DNA of 64,000 nucleotides from Anaerolineae bacterium (GTDB lineage: Bacteria; Chloroflexota; Anaerolineae; UBA1429). Positions 16,425 to 25,694 of this stretch are shown here, one piece after another. Made by a program: the position numbers and the translations under genes. The notes under the pieces are model-generated. The model had not been told where the DNA came from and did no database searches. It saw nothing but the letters and a program-made list of their open reading frames with translations. Each line of letters starts with the position of its first letter. The stretch's first letter is position 1. The stretch lies in assembly GCA_040768605.1 (NCBI GenBank), contig JAXGMP010000004.1, forward strand, positions 176,141 through 240,140, in the 5' to 3' direction.

Positions 16425-18080
16425 GTGCGCCACGGGGGTGCGCGGATGGGGCGCAGTCTGGTCGCGCTCGGGGTGTGCCTGGCGGTCGCCTGGGGGCCGC
16501 TGGCCACGGCGGGGTGTGGCGCGGTCGGGCGCAGCGCTCCCGACCTGACCCTGGCCGCCAGCGATGCCTTCGCGTCGCTGGGGCCGCTCGTCGAGAGCCT
16601 GGCCCGCCAGCACGGCTACCGTGTGGAGATCACCTGGCTCGGCTCGGTCGACATCATGCTGGCCCTGCGTGAGGCGGCCTGCCCTTACGACGCCGTCTGG
16701 CCGGCGCACTCGGCCTGGCTGGACCTGGGCGATGCGGCCTTCGGGCGGCTGCGTCACGTGGAGAGCATCGTGCGCAGCCCCCTGGTGTGGGGCGTGCGGC
16801 GCGGGCGGGCGGAGGCGCTGGGCCTGCTGGGGCGCGAGGTCACCATCGGCGAGCTGCTCGGGCTGATCGCCGAGGGGAGCCTGCGCCTGGCCGTGGCCGA
16901 CGCGGCGCGCTCTCACGTGGGCGCCATGGCGACCCTGGCCGCGCTGGCCAGCCAGGCCGGGGCGCAGGGGGCGCTCACGGCCGCGGACCTCGAGACGCCC
17001 GGCCTGGACGGGGTGCTGGCCGGCCTCTACCCGCCGGGAAGCGAGGCCCCGGCGGGCGCGGGCTGGCTCCTCGACGCCTACCTGGCCGCGCCCGAGGCCT
17101 ACGACGGCATGGTGAACGCCGAGGCGCTCCTGGTGGTTGCCAACCAGGAACTGCTGCGCCGCGGGCTGGAGCCGCTGGTCGCCCTCTACCCGCCGGGGGG
17201 CCTGGCCCTGCTGGACGGCCCGCTGGCCTACCTCGACCGCGCTGAGCCGCGCAAGGAGCGCGTTTTCCTCGACCTGCAGGCCGGCCTGCTCGGTGAGGAG
17301 GGCGGGCGCGCCGCGCGCCTGGCCGGCTGGCGCACCGGAACGCCCGGCCTGGCCGCCGGCGGGCCCGACGGGGCCCTGCTCGACCCGGCCTGGCAGGTTG
17401 ACCTGGGCCGGCGCATCGTGCCGCTGGCCCTGCCGGGGGCCGAGGTGCTGCGCGGGGCGCTCACCCTGGCCCAGCGCGCCGTACGGGCGCCGATCCTGAC
17501 GGTGTACGTGCTCGATACCAGCCTGAGCATGGCCGGGGAGGGGCAGCGCGGCCTCGACGAGGTCATGGCCGCCCTCTTGGGCGCCGGCGGGGCCGCGGCA
17601 GGCTGGATGCCGATCGGCCCGCGCGATACGACCGCCGTGATCGCCTTCGGCGCGGCCCCGACGGAGCCGTGGACCGCCCGCGGCGATGCGCCCGCGCCGC
17701 TCGCGGATCTGCTGGAAAGGATCCGCGCCCAGGCGCCGGCCGGCCACTCGGACCTGTACAGCCCGCTGATCGCGGCGCTGCGGCTGGTGGGCGAGCGGGC
17801 CGCCGACCCGGCCGTTTCGCGGGCGGCGATCATCCTGGTGACCGATGGCCAGGGCCGCAGCGCGGCGGACCTCCGCCTGCTGCGGCGCGCCTGGGAGGAG
17901 GCCCCCCGCCGCGTGCCGGTGCAGGTCGTCCTGGTCGGCGCGGGCGTGCGGCGTGAGGTGAACGGCATCGCCGCCCTGACGGGCGGCGGCGTGTACGAGG
18001 GGGCCGCCGCGTGGACGGCTGCCCTGCGCGCCGCCTGGTGGGGCGTGCCCGGCGCGCCACTTGGTTACTCCGACGGTTAA
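16425..18080 (+). CDS. lipoprotein with an N-terminal periplasmic-binding-protein-like domain and a C-terminal von Willebrand factor A domain
   Basis: Lipobox LATAGC. MIDAS motif DTSLS at 17514-17528. VTDGQ later in the domain. Confidence 0.7.
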   Translation: MRHGGARMGRSLVALGVCLAVAWGPLATAGCGAVGRSAPDLTLAASDAFASLGPLVESLARQHGYRVEITWLGSVDIMLALREAACPYDAVWPAHSAWLDLGDAAFGRLRHVESIVRSPLVWGVRRGRAEALGLLGREVTIGELLGLIAEGSLRLAVADAARSHVGAMATLAALASQAGAQGALTAADLETPGLDGVLAGLYPPGSEAPAGAGWLLDAYLAAPEAYDGMVNAEALLVVANQELLRRGLEPLVALYPPGGLALLDGPLAYLDRAEPRKERVFLDLQAGLLGEEGGRAARLAGWRTGTPGLAAGGPDGALLDPAWQVDLGRRIVPLALPGAEVLRGALTLAQRAVRAPILTVYVLDTSLSMAGEGQRGLDEVMAALLGAGGAAAGWMPIGPRDTTAVIAFGAAPTEPWTARGDAPAPLADLLERIRAQAPAGHSDLYSPLIAALRLVGERAADPAVSRAAIILVTDGQGRSAADLRLLRRAWEEAPRRVPVQVVLVGAGVRREVNGIAALTGGGVYEGAAAWTAALRAAWWGVPGAPLGYSDG

Positions 18081-18144
18081 GGCCGCTGACGACGGCTAAC
18101 GCCGCTGACGGCGCCAAAGCCGCAGTAAAAGAAAGGAGAGGGCG

Positions 18145-18765
18145 ATGGCCCCCGCGGGGCGTCGTCACAGCGCGATGAAGAGATGGGTACTGTACGCCTT
18201 GGGTGGTGTGGCCGCCATGTTGGCCGTCCGGTTCGGGTTGCGCCTGCCGACCCTGTGGTCGCTGGCCGTCGGTTTGGCCGTCTGGCTGGCGTTGCATCTG
18301 ATCTTCCCCGAGCGGCCGAACGCCGCGGCGCAGGCCGCGCGCCGGCTGCCCGCCGACGCCCAGGAAGACGTCCGCCAGGCTCAAGCCAAGGTCCGGCGCC
18401 TGCGCACCCTGGGGCGCCGCATGCCCTCTGCACCGCTGCGGATGCGCGTGGCCACCATCACCCAGGTGGCCGAGCGGATCGTCGAGGACCTCATCAACGA
18501 CCCCAAGGACCTGCGCGTGGCCAGGCGCTTCCTGGACTATTACTTGGACGCGACGGTGACCGTGGTGGATCGCTACGCCGAGCTGATCCGCAAGGGCGGC
18601 TCGTCGGCCGAGGTGCAGCCGGTGCTGGCCAAGTTCGACACGCTGCTCGACACGATCCAGCACACCTTTGAGAAGCAGCTCGACCGCCTCTTGCGTGACG
18701 ACGTCCTGGACCTGGATACCGATATCACCGTGCTGAAGCAGATGATGGAGCACGAGGGGCTGTAG
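18145..18765 (+). CDS. xpaC: XpaC-like (5-bromo-4-chloroindolyl phosphate hydrolysis protein family) membrane protein
   Basis: Two N-terminal TM helices, then an extended helical domain (RRFLDYYLDATVTVVDRYAEL...). AGGAG lies before the ATG. It sits in an operon with telA. Confidence 0.6.
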   Translation: MAPAGRRHSAMKRWVLYALGGVAAMLAVRFGLRLPTLWSLAVGLAVWLALHLIFPERPNAAAQAARRLPADAQEDVRQAQAKVRRLRTLGRRMPSAPLRMRVATITQVAERIVEDLINDPKDLRVARRFLDYYLDATVTVVDRYAELIRKGGSSAEVQPVLAKFDTLLDTIQHTFEKQLDRLLRDDVLDLDTDITVLKQMMEHEGL

Positions 18766-18796
18766 CGCGCCGGGCCGCGGCCGCGGAGGAAGGGCC

Positions 18797-19825
18797 ATGC
18801 GCGCCAGGCGCTGGCTGGGCTGGGGCATCCTGCTGGGGGTGGCGGCCGCCGTGGCCGCCTGGGCTCTGCTGGGTGGGCGCGGGGCCGCCGACGGGGTACT
18901 GGTCGGGCTCGTCAGCGACGAGCCGGCCCCCTACCTCAGGGACCCCGACCTGGCCGCGCTCCTCGCCGAGCGCTACGGCCTGGCCCTGCGGGCGCGGCCG
19001 GCCCCTGCCGCCGAGATGCTGCGTGCTGGCGCGGAGGACGCCGACTTTTTCCTGGCCGCCGCCCACGTGGCGGAGGCCTACCGGCTGGCTGGCGGGGCGG
19101 CCGCCCGCTCGGCCACGGTGGCGCGCAGCCCGCTGGTGCTGTACACCTGGGCCGAGTACCTCCCCCCGCTCGAGGCCGCCGGCCTGGTGGGGCGCGCGGC
19201 CGACGGCACCCTGACCGTGAGCCTGCCCCGCCTGGCGGAGGCGGCCCTGGCCGGGCGCACCTGGCCGGACTTGGGCCTGCCCGGCCTGCCGGCGCCCCTG
19301 GCGCTGGCCCTGCCCGACCCGGCCCGTTCTGACGTCGGCGCTCTGCTCGCCTGGGAGGGCGCGCGGGCGGCCGAGGGGGCTTCGGGAGCCGCGCTCCCAG
19401 GCCTGCGCGCCCTGCTGGCCGGGCAGGGCTATCGATACCGTTCCAGCGGCGACCTTTTTCGCTTATACTGGAGCCAGGGGCCCGGGGCCTTCCCCCTGGC
19501 CGCCGGCGCGGAGGCCGACGGACTCGCCTACCGCGCCGCGCACCCGGCCGACGCCGCTGCGCTGCGCGGGGAGGTGCATGCCCTGTACCTGCAGCCGGCC
19601 GCCTGGGTAGACTGGACCGTCGTGGCCCTTAGCGACCGCGCCGTGCCACTCATAGACGTGCTGCGCAGCGCCGAGGCCCAGCGCCTGGCCCTGGAGCGCT
19701 ACGGCCTGCGCGGTGACCCGGCGCAGCCGGCCGCTCTGCCCGCCGACCTGCCCGCCCTGCCTGGGGCGGCCCAGCCGCCCGATGCGGCGTCTGTACTCGC
19801 GGTGCTTCGCGCCCTCGAGGAGTGA
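18797..19825 (+). CDS. secreted or anchored periplasmic-binding-protein-like protein
   Basis: N-terminal TM/signal segment. Weak similarity in pattern to the N-domain of 16425-18080. Confidence 0.45.
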   Translation: MRARRWLGWGILLGVAAAVAAWALLGGRGAADGVLVGLVSDEPAPYLRDPDLAALLAERYGLALRARPAPAAEMLRAGAEDADFFLAAAHVAEAYRLAGGAAARSATVARSPLVLYTWAEYLPPLEAAGLVGRAADGTLTVSLPRLAEAALAGRTWPDLGLPGLPAPLALALPDPARSDVGALLAWEGARAAEGASGAALPGLRALLAGQGYRYRSSGDLFRLYWSQGPGAFPLAAGAEADGLAYRAAHPADAAALRGEVHALYLQPAAWVDWTVVALSDRAVPLIDVLRSAEAQRLALERYGLRGDPAQPAALPADLPALPGAAQPPDAASVLAVLRALEE

Positions 19826-19838
19826 AGAGGAGACTGAC

Positions 19839-21020
19839 GTGACAACCGACGAAGGATCGATCACCAAGCGGCTGGACGCCCAGCCCCATCCCGCCACCGA
19901 GGAGTACGCCGAGCTGGCCCGGGTCGAGAACCTCCCCGCCGTTGACCAGCAGACGGTGCGTGCCCTCATGGACAAGATCGACATGAGTGATACGCACTCT
20001 GTCATCGCGTTCGGCGTCGAGGCCCAGCGCGAGCTGTCGGAATCGGCCGACCAGATGCTGGAGCGGGTCCGCAACAAGGACATCGGCCCCGTGGGGGAGA
20101 CGCTCAACGGCCTGATGACCCAGGTGCGCGGGCTCGGCATCGACGACCTGCGCCCCGGCGAAAAGCCGAGCTGGCTGCGGCGCGTGGTGCTGCGCCAGGC
20201 CCACCCCGTGGCCCGCTTTGTGCAGCGCTACGAGACGGTGGATAACCAGATCGCCGCCATCTCGAACGATCTGGACAACCACAAGATCCGCCTCCTGCGC
20301 GACGTCACCCTGCTCGACAAGCTCTACGACGCCAGCCTGCAGTACTTTCGCCAGCTCGAGTTCTACATCCTGGCCGCCGACGCCAAGCTCCAGGAGCTCG
20401 ACGCGCAGATCCTCCCCGAGCTACGCGCCAAGGCCGAGGCTTCTGCCGACATGCTCGACGCCCAGACCCTGCGCGACGTGCAATCCCGCCGCGACGACCT
20501 CGAGCGCCGCGCCCACGACCTGCGCCTCACCCGACAGGTGACCATGCAGTCTCTGCCGCAGATCCGCATGATCCAGGATGTGGACAAGTCCCTGGTCACC
20601 AAGATTCAGTCGAGCATCCTGACCACCATCCCGGTGTGGAAGGCGCAGATCGCCATGGCCATCACCCTCTGGAACCAGCAGCAGGCCCTCCAGACGCAAA
20701 AGGCCGTCACCGATACCACCAACGAGATGCTGCAAAAGAACGCCGAGCTGCTCAAGATCGGCTCGGCGGAGGCGCGCAAAGAGATCGAGCGCGGCATCTT
20801 TGACATCGCCGCCGTGAAAAAGGTCAACGAGGAGCTGATCAACACCATCTTTGAGAGCATCCAGATCGCCCAGGAGGGCAAGCGCCGCCGCTCCGAGGCC
20901 GACCTGGAGATGCAGCGCCTCGAGGGCGAGCTCAAGCAGGCGCTCCTCTCCACGCAGGACGTCCGCCAGCTGACCGATGGCGAGGCGCCCCAGCTGCCCG
21001 GGGGCACCCCGCAGCGTTAG
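19839..21020 (+). CDS. telA: TelA-like toxic anion resistance protein
   Basis: All-helical ~390 aa protein with the typical N-terminus (MDKIDMSDTHSVIAFGVEAQRELSE...). GTG at 19839 is preceded by GAAGAGGAG and follows the upstream stop at 19825. Confidence 0.75.
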   Translation: MTTDEGSITKRLDAQPHPATEEYAELARVENLPAVDQQTVRALMDKIDMSDTHSVIAFGVEAQRELSESADQMLERVRNKDIGPVGETLNGLMTQVRGLGIDDLRPGEKPSWLRRVVLRQAHPVARFVQRYETVDNQIAAISNDLDNHKIRLLRDVTLLDKLYDASLQYFRQLEFYILAADAKLQELDAQILPELRAKAEASADMLDAQTLRDVQSRRDDLERRAHDLRLTRQVTMQSLPQIRMIQDVDKSLVTKIQSSILTTIPVWKAQIAMAITLWNQQQALQTQKAVTDTTNEMLQKNAELLKIGSAEARKEIERGIFDIAAVKKVNEELINTIFESIQIAQEGKRRRSEADLEMQRLEGELKQALLSTQDVRQLTDGEAPQLPGGTPQR

Positions 21021-21145
21021 CCGCGTGCGCGCCCGGCCATCGCGGGCGACGGCGCGGCCACCTGCGCGCCCGGCCCATCCGCACGAGCCGGGCGCGCGCC
21101 TGTGCTCGTGTGTCGCTAGGCCTTGGGACCCACAGGAGGAACGTT

Positions 21146-23743
21146 ATGAGGCAGTACCTCGAACCGCTCCGCGCCTACGCCGTCACGCCGCCCGCTGGCC
21201 TGCCGCCCGATATCCTGCCCTGGGACCACGCCGAGCCCTGGGGCCTCGACGGGGCCGCCCGGGCCACCCTCGGTTTCCTGCTGGACGGCGGGGCCCCCGG
21301 CCCGCGCCTGGCCGCCCTGGCCGACTATCTGCTGGCCTTCTCGATCGAGGGGTTCGGCGCGCAGCAGTTCCCCGATGCGCAGCTCCTCAACGGGGCGGCC
21401 CTGGCCCTGTGCGGCTACCTGGCCGAGGGGCACCATCCGGAGGCGGAGTTATGGCGGGTCTCCGGGTGCGCCCGGCTGGCCTCCCAGGTGCACTGGCGCA
21501 AGGCGGCCCTCAATGACCGCGTCGCCGCCGATTGCCTGTTGGCCGTGGCCCGCGTGGCCGGCGCGACCGGCCTGCCCGTCCTGGCCGACATCCTGACCCT
21601 GCGCGAGCGCATGTGGGGCCAGTTCGCGGACCATTCCCGCGCCGAACGCCTGCACGTCTCTGCGGAGGACTATGCCTCCCACCTGCGCGAGCCCGTCCCG
21701 CCGGAGCGCCTCGGCGCGCTGATGGCCGGGCGGGAATGGCAGTGGACGGCCTGCTCGCGCGAGTACCGGCCGGCCAACGCCCTCCAGGGGGCGAACCCCG
21801 ACCTGGACCTGGCCGATGCCGACAACGCCTGCCGCAACCTGATCACCTTCCGGGCGCACATGCTGCTCCGCCACCAGTTCGGCAGCGATGTGGACTGGCA
21901 CCTGCGCCTGTTTGACGACGTCGAATCCACCGTGAGCCTGGGGGCCATGCCCTTCGTCCGCAACCTGGCCGGCGCCTACAACCAGACGGGCCAGGCCAAG
22001 TACGCCGAGGCCGCCGCGCGGCTGCTCTGGTCGTTCTACCGCGGCGCGCCGCTGCCCAACCACCGGCAGCCGCAGGGCCCCTGGCGCACCCTCGAGGTCG
22101 GCAACCGCCAGGCCAACACCTGGCCGGAGGTGATCGGTGCACTCGGGCAGACGGAGCCCTTTGACGAGGCCCTCCACGCCATGCTGGCCCGCTCCCGGCT
22201 GGAGCACATCCGCTACCTCCTGGCCCACTCGGGCGGGGCGAACAACTGGTACCAGGTCGAGGCGGCCGGGCTGGCCGTGGCGGCGCTCTACTCGCCCGAG
22301 CTGCGCCACGCCGATGCCATCCTGCGGGTGGCCATGCGCCGGCTGCGCTGGCTGAACTCCTTCGCCTACTATGACGACGGCTTCCAGTTCGAGCTGACCC
22401 ACGGCTACCACGTCTTCCCCACCTCGTCGATGTTCGCCGTCGTACGGGTGGCCCGGGCGCGCGGGGTGGCGCTGCCGCAGGATTTCGTCGACCTGCTGGC
22501 CAAGGCCCACGAGATGTACCTGTACGCCCAGCAGCCGGATCGCTTCCTGCCGATGTTCAACGACTGCAACCCCCACCCGACCGACCCGGCGCCGCTGCTG
22601 GCTGCGGCGGCCGAGGTCTACGGGCGGGACGATTTCGTCTGGGGCGCCACCCATGGCCAGCGCGGCCAGGCCCCCGACCACGCCTCGCACGCCTGGGGCT
22701 CGGCCGGGCTGTACGCCATGCGCGACTCTTGGGCGGAGGCGGCCCAGTACCTCCTGTTCGACGGGGCCGCCTGGGGCGCCTCGCACCAGCATGAGGACAA
22801 GCTGAACTTTATCCTGCACGCCGGCGGGAGGCTGCTGGTGGGCGACCCGAACATCTACTCTTACTCGCGCACCGAGCTGACGCACTATTTCCGCTCCTCG
22901 CGGGCGCACAACGTCGTCCTCATCGACGGGATGGGCCAGGCGCGGCGCCTGCGGCCGGAGGCCCGCCTGACCACGCTGGGCGCCAACGAGTGGGTCAGCA
23001 GACAGGGCTTCGATTTCGTCTCCAGCGAGTACCTGGAGGGGTATGCTCCCGACCCTTACGAGCCGCCGGCGGGGCCGGTTGTCGCCGACACACGCTTTAC
23101 CCATCGCCGGGCCATCTGGTACGTCAAGGGGGAGTACTGGATCCTGTGCGACCTGATCCGCGGCCCCGCGGACGGCCAGGCGCACACGCTGGAGCAGCTC
23201 TTCCACATCGCGCCGCTCTACGAGCCGGGCGCCGAGGAGCCCTACCGCGCCGGCGCCCTGTGGGCCCAGCCGCAGGAGATCGTCACCCGTGACGAGGGCC
23301 TCTCCAACCTGGCCATCCTGCCGGCCGACCCCGGCTGCCTCACGGTGCGCGCCGAAAAGGGACAGACCTCGCCGGCCGTGGGCTGGTACGGGGTGCTGGG
23401 CGAGTTCCCCGCCTGGGACGTGACTCTGGAGGCGCAGGCCCCCCTGCCCGCCAGGATGGACGCGGTGCTCTTCCCGCTGGCCCCCGGCGACGGCCTGGGC
23501 GACCGCCCCAAGGTGACCCGCCTCCGCGCGAGCGGGAAGGTCACGGCGCTCCGCGTCACGGGGCGCGGGCTCGACGACACCTTTATCCTGTGTGAGGAGG
23601 GCAGCGGGCCGGTGGAGGTCGCCGGCGTGGCCTTTGAGGGGCGGGCCGCGCTGATCCGCCGGGGCGGCGCCGGGCTCCGTGCCTACGCCGTGGACCCGCT
23701 CCGCCTGGCGGTGGACGGCCGCGAGGTGACGCCCGCGGTCTAG
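21146..23743 (+). CDS. heparinase II/III-like (polysaccharide lyase-like) protein
   Basis: GASHQHEDKLNFILHAGGRLLVGDPNIYSY...SRAHNVVLIDG is typical of the heparinase II/III C-terminal domain. AGGAGGA lies before the ATG at 21146. No signal peptide seen. Confidence 0.7.
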   Translation: MRQYLEPLRAYAVTPPAGLPPDILPWDHAEPWGLDGAARATLGFLLDGGAPGPRLAALADYLLAFSIEGFGAQQFPDAQLLNGAALALCGYLAEGHHPEAELWRVSGCARLASQVHWRKAALNDRVAADCLLAVARVAGATGLPVLADILTLRERMWGQFADHSRAERLHVSAEDYASHLREPVPPERLGALMAGREWQWTACSREYRPANALQGANPDLDLADADNACRNLITFRAHMLLRHQFGSDVDWHLRLFDDVESTVSLGAMPFVRNLAGAYNQTGQAKYAEAAARLLWSFYRGAPLPNHRQPQGPWRTLEVGNRQANTWPEVIGALGQTEPFDEALHAMLARSRLEHIRYLLAHSGGANNWYQVEAAGLAVAALYSPELRHADAILRVAMRRLRWLNSFAYYDDGFQFELTHGYHVFPTSSMFAVVRVARARGVALPQDFVDLLAKAHEMYLYAQQPDRFLPMFNDCNPHPTDPAPLLAAAAEVYGRDDFVWGATHGQRGQAPDHASHAWGSAGLYAMRDSWAEAAQYLLFDGAAWGASHQHEDKLNFILHAGGRLLVGDPNIYSYSRTELTHYFRSSRAHNVVLIDGMGQARRLRPEARLTTLGANEWVSRQGFDFVSSEYLEGYAPDPYEPPAGPVVADTRFTHRRAIWYVKGEYWILCDLIRGPADGQAHTLEQLFHIAPLYEPGAEEPYRAGALWAQPQEIVTRDEGLSNLAILPADPGCLTVRAEKGQTSPAVGWYGVLGEFPAWDVTLEAQAPLPARMDAVLFPLAPGDGLGDRPKVTRLRASGKVTALRVTGRGLDDTFILCEEGSGPVEVAGVAFEGRAALIRRGGAGLRAYAVDPLRLAVDGREVTPAV

Positions 23744-23770
23744 CGCGGCAGGTCTCAGAATGCTAACAGA

Positions 23771-23801
23771 GGGCCCCTGCGGCAGGCCGCCGCGGGGGCC
23801 C
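23771..23801 (+). terminator. GC-rich stem-loop after the heparinase-like gene
   Basis: GGGCCCCTGCGGC-AGGCC-GCCGCGGGGGCCC: a 13-bp stem including one G-U pair. The following T-tract is weak (TTGGCGTT). Confidence 0.5.
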
Positions 23802-23933
23802 TTGGCGTTACGCGGCGGCGTGGGCGCCCCGCCGACGCAGGAATCGGCGGGATTCCCCTGCCAATACTCGCAATGCGGCGCGATTTGTGCTATAAGTAGG
23901 GCATAAGAGTTGGCCTGGGCAACCCCAGACGGG

Positions 23934-24072
23934 CCAACGACTGCCGGAGCGGGCCGTGGTCTCCGGGCGCCGTCTGAGATGATACGAAGCATTCGGCGCC
24001 GCTGCACTCGCGGAACCTGTGGCAACGTGTCCTTGGCACAACGGCGTGGCAAGGCTCCAGGGCAGTCGTTGG
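23934..24072 (+). other. 139-nt element closed by a 17-bp long-range helix; candidate structured RNA domain
   Basis: CCAACGACTGCCGGAGC (23934-23950) pairs with GCTCC-AG-GGCAGTCGTTGG (24054-24072). Internal hairpin GGCGCCG...CGGCGCC (23967-24000). A TGnTATAAG extended -10-like box lies at 23888-23896. Confidence 0.35.
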
Positions 24073-24574
24073 CGCGCGATCCGACCTACCGGGGGACGCC
24101 TGTCTGGAACTGAGCGGCAGACGGCTGAGCCTGTGCGCCGCCCTCCCGCTGCCGCGGGCCACTCTTCCCACACCGACACGCAAAGAGTGCAACTCTGCTG
24201 CGCGTGTCTGCCTCCTCAATGGCACCGCTGACGGTGCGCCAGCGCCCTGCTAGGGCGCAGAGGTACTCTTTCCCCGGCCAGCGTGGCGTGGCGCCTAGGC
24301 GCTCTGCTCGCGGGCACACGCTTTCCTACTACGAAGTCCCTACCCTATTCCACGGATCGTCCGCGCGCGCCCTTGGTCCGGGCGCGCACCAGAGCGGGCT
24401 ATCCACGGTGCGCGTGCGCCGCTGACGCACGGCCCCGTGGCGCCTGGATGGGTGAAGGGTCTTCGGCACCTCGCTCTGGTCTGTCTGAGCGCGTGGCGGG
24501 GCGCCCCGCTGTATCCCCCGCCTACGGGCTCGCTGCGGCCTGGTTTGGTCCGTCCCGGAGGGAGAGGACACATC

Positions 24575-25630
24575 ATGAAGAGAGCGCTGCTACATATCGT
24601 GCTGCCGATGGTGATGCTGTTCGTGGCGACGGCCTGCGCCGCCAGCCCCACCAAGCAGGGGCCCCTGGTCGTGCTGGATTGGTCCGGCTATGAGCAGGAG
24701 GTGTTCTGGGCCGATTTCAAGACCAAGCACCCCGACGTCAAGGTGGAGTGGACCTTCTTCGCCGACGACCCCGAGGCGTTTGCCAAGCTCCAGAGCGGCT
24801 ACCAGGCCGACCTGGTGCACCCGAACATCAGCTGGCTCAAGCTCTACGTCGACAATGACCTGCTGATCCCCATCGATACCACCAAGCTGAGCAACTGGTC
24901 CAAACTGGATCCGGACCTCATCAAGATGGGGCAGGTGGACGGCGTCCAGTACCTGGCCCCCTGGGAGTGGGGCTACGACTCGATCCTGGTGCGCACCGAC
25001 AAGGTCGCCGAGGTGCCCGATTCCTGGGCCGACCTGTGGGATCCGCAGTACAAGGGGCACGTGTCGGTGTTTGACTCGGCCGAGGCGGCCGTGATGGTCG
25101 CGGCCACCGTGCTCGGCTTTGACCCCTATGCGCTGACAGAGGACCAGCTCGCCCAGGTCAAGCAGAAGCTCATCGACCTGAAGCCGAACCTGCTTGGCTA
25201 CTGGACGGACTATACCGAGATCAACCAGCAGGTGGCCTCGGGCGACGTGTGGGTGGCCGGGATGACCTGGCCCGATGCCTGGGTGGCGGTGAGCGGTGAG
25301 GGCGTGCCGGTCGAGTACATCACCCCGATTGAGGGGCGCCTGGGCTGGGTGTACGGCTATGCCATCCCCAAGAGCGGCGCCAACCACGACCTGGCTCTCG
25401 ACTACATGGACGCGCTGCTGGCCACGTCATCGATGGTCGAGGTGGCCAACCAGTATGCCTACGGGGCGGCCAACCGCGAGGCGCTGGCTCAGACCGATCC
25501 GTCCTTCGTGACCCTTATGGGCCTCGAGGACCCCGACATTCTCAAGAACACGATCTTTTTCCAGTCGCTCACGCAAGAGGAGCGCGATGCCTGGACGGCC
25601 CTGTGGAGTGAGGTCAAGGCCGCCCAATAG
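24575..25630 (+). CDS. PotD/PotF-family ABC substrate-binding lipoprotein (polyamine-type)
   Basis: MKRALLHIVLPMVMLFVATAC lipobox. GGAGGGAGAGG lies before the ATG at 24575. The following genes have PotB/C/A-like order. Confidence 0.8.
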   Translation: MKRALLHIVLPMVMLFVATACAASPTKQGPLVVLDWSGYEQEVFWADFKTKHPDVKVEWTFFADDPEAFAKLQSGYQADLVHPNISWLKLYVDNDLLIPIDTTKLSNWSKLDPDLIKMGQVDGVQYLAPWEWGYDSILVRTDKVAEVPDSWADLWDPQYKGHVSVFDSAEAAVMVAATVLGFDPYALTEDQLAQVKQKLIDLKPNLLGYWTDYTEINQQVASGDVWVAGMTWPDAWVAVSGEGVPVEYITPIEGRLGWVYGYAIPKSGANHDLALDYMDALLATSSMVEVANQYAYGAANREALAQTDPSFVTLMGLEDPDILKNTIFFQSLTQEERDAWTALWSEVKAAQ

Positions 25631-25694
25631 TGAGCCCCAACGCCCGGCCGCCCGTCAACGGGCGGGCGGCCGGCCTGTACGGAGTCAGTAACGG

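Noticed and set aside
23960-24040. TPP riboswitch (CTGAGA and GAACCTG present, upstream of an ABC binding protein)
   Set aside because: The CTGAGA sits in a hairpin loop rather than the P2/P3 junction, and there is no matching GGGG...ACCC helix or pyrophosphate-arm consensus. The element lies about 500 nt from the gene, and the binding protein looks PotD-like rather than ThiB-like.
21449-24052. 867-aa minus-strand ORF opposite the heparinase-like gene
   Set aside because: It is an antisense shadow with a Gly/Arg/Pro/Ala-rich sequence and no motifs. The plus-strand gene has clear family motifs and an RBS.
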